DNA of 64,000 nucleotides from Xylographa opegraphella (Eukaryota): NCBI GenBank assembly GCA_022813865.1, contig JALDZX010000067.1, positions 1 to 64,000 of the forward strand, read 5' to 3'. Shown piece by piece: positions 63,326 to 64,000 of this stretch (position 1 is its first letter; each line of letters starts with the position of its first letter). The notes under the pieces were generated by a model. It saw only the letters and a program-made list of their open reading frames with translations, ran no database searches and was not told where the DNA came from. The position numbers and the translations under genes were made by a program.

Positions 63326-64000
63326 TCAGTGCCAGGCACCTTGACTTAGTGATAGCAGATTCTGTACACACGCCAAGTCCACCTCTTCCCGATGCACGTC
63401 GTGCTCGCTCATGAAGGCTGTCACCTCCTGATCAACTCCTACATTCTCCTTATCCTCATAATTGCGCGGCTTTTTCATTTCTCTCCGTCGCGGTGTTGGA
63501 TTTTCCCGATTAAGTAATACCCCAAGACTTGTGCTGTGACTGGGTACACGTGTATTCTCTTGAAGTACTCCACGCGGTGGCCCTCCGGCTCTCTGCACCT
63601 GCAACGGGCGTCGTCGATGAGCATCGCTTGGATGTGTATCAGGTTCCCAGTTCTCCTTGTCCGAGTCACCAGATGACTCTCTCGTTAGCACTCGTTGTGA
63701 TTTGCTCTTCAAGTCCTTGTCTTTGGCCTTCGAGTTAAGCTTTTGGATATTGTGGTCAACCGTTTGTAATTTCGCGATTGATGAGGCTGTTCGTGCGATC
63801 TTGGGCCTCTCACTTCTGGACCCACCAAGAGACTTCCGCTTGGAAGAGTCTTGCTTTGCCTGTCTGGCGGTACTATTGAAGGCGGTCGGAAGCGAAATGC
63901 TCTTTGTAGAGCTAGACCTTATCAATCCAAGGACCCCGGAGGCAGAACCTTTTTGATCTTGCTCGGCTTGCACTGTCAACGCATTCCGTACATCGCTGTC
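63326..64000 (-). CDS. 3' end of a probable homeobox transcription factor (Yox1-like), truncated by the window edge
   Basis: Open frame running to the edge, with DSDKENW, DKEN and a terminal DLACVQNLLSLSQGAW motif recalled from fungal Yox1-like proteins; the homeodomain itself is not in the window. Confidence 0.6.
   Translation of the reverse strand, partial: DSDVRNALTVQAEQDQKGSASGVLGLIRSSSTKSISLPTAFNSTARQAKQDSSKRKSLGGSRSERPKIARTASSIAKLQTVDHNIQKLNSKAKDKDLKSKSQRVLTRESSGDSDKENWEPDTHPSDAHRRRPLQVQRAGGPPRGVLQENTRVPSHSTSLGVLLNRENPTPRRREMKKPRNYEDKENVGVDQEVTAFMSEHDVHREEVDLACVQNLLSLSQGAWH

Noticed and set aside
1..64000. tRNA, rRNA or CRISPR arrays
   Set aside because: None recognised; the sequence is eukaryotic and has no spacer-repeat arrays.

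Overview
Gene-dense genomic DNA of a filamentous ascomycete (Pezizomycotina), judged from short GT-AG introns with CTRAC/CTAAY branch sites. Most of the window is core housekeeping genes: bZIP factor, group II G-alpha, COX24/mS38, VMA3, CFEM membrane protein, gamma-tubulin, translin, NAD kinase, RRP46, BZZ1, dienelactone hydrolase, SDR, GH72, mitochondrial carrier, GT8, carboxylesterase, MNN9, DUR3-like transporter, GPI protein, flavin amine oxidase and the 3' end of a probable homeobox gene. An accessory island at about 47.9-55 kb stands out. It holds a 357-bp non-coding copia-type miniature LTR retroelement (53/58-bp LTRs, 5-bp TSD, half-tRNA-iMet-type PBS, structured interior), inserted 8 nt before the ATG of a stop-riddled multi-exon gene whose intact 3' part encodes a CBM32 + 2x SUEL-like lectin protein. 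The island also holds a secreted M35-type metallopeptidase fused to a Cys-rich KP4/Ecp2-like domain, with a single TGA where Trp is expected. The DUR3-like gene appears to need a non-canonical GA-AG intron. Exon boundaries were read by eye, and family calls come from motif recognition, not database searches.
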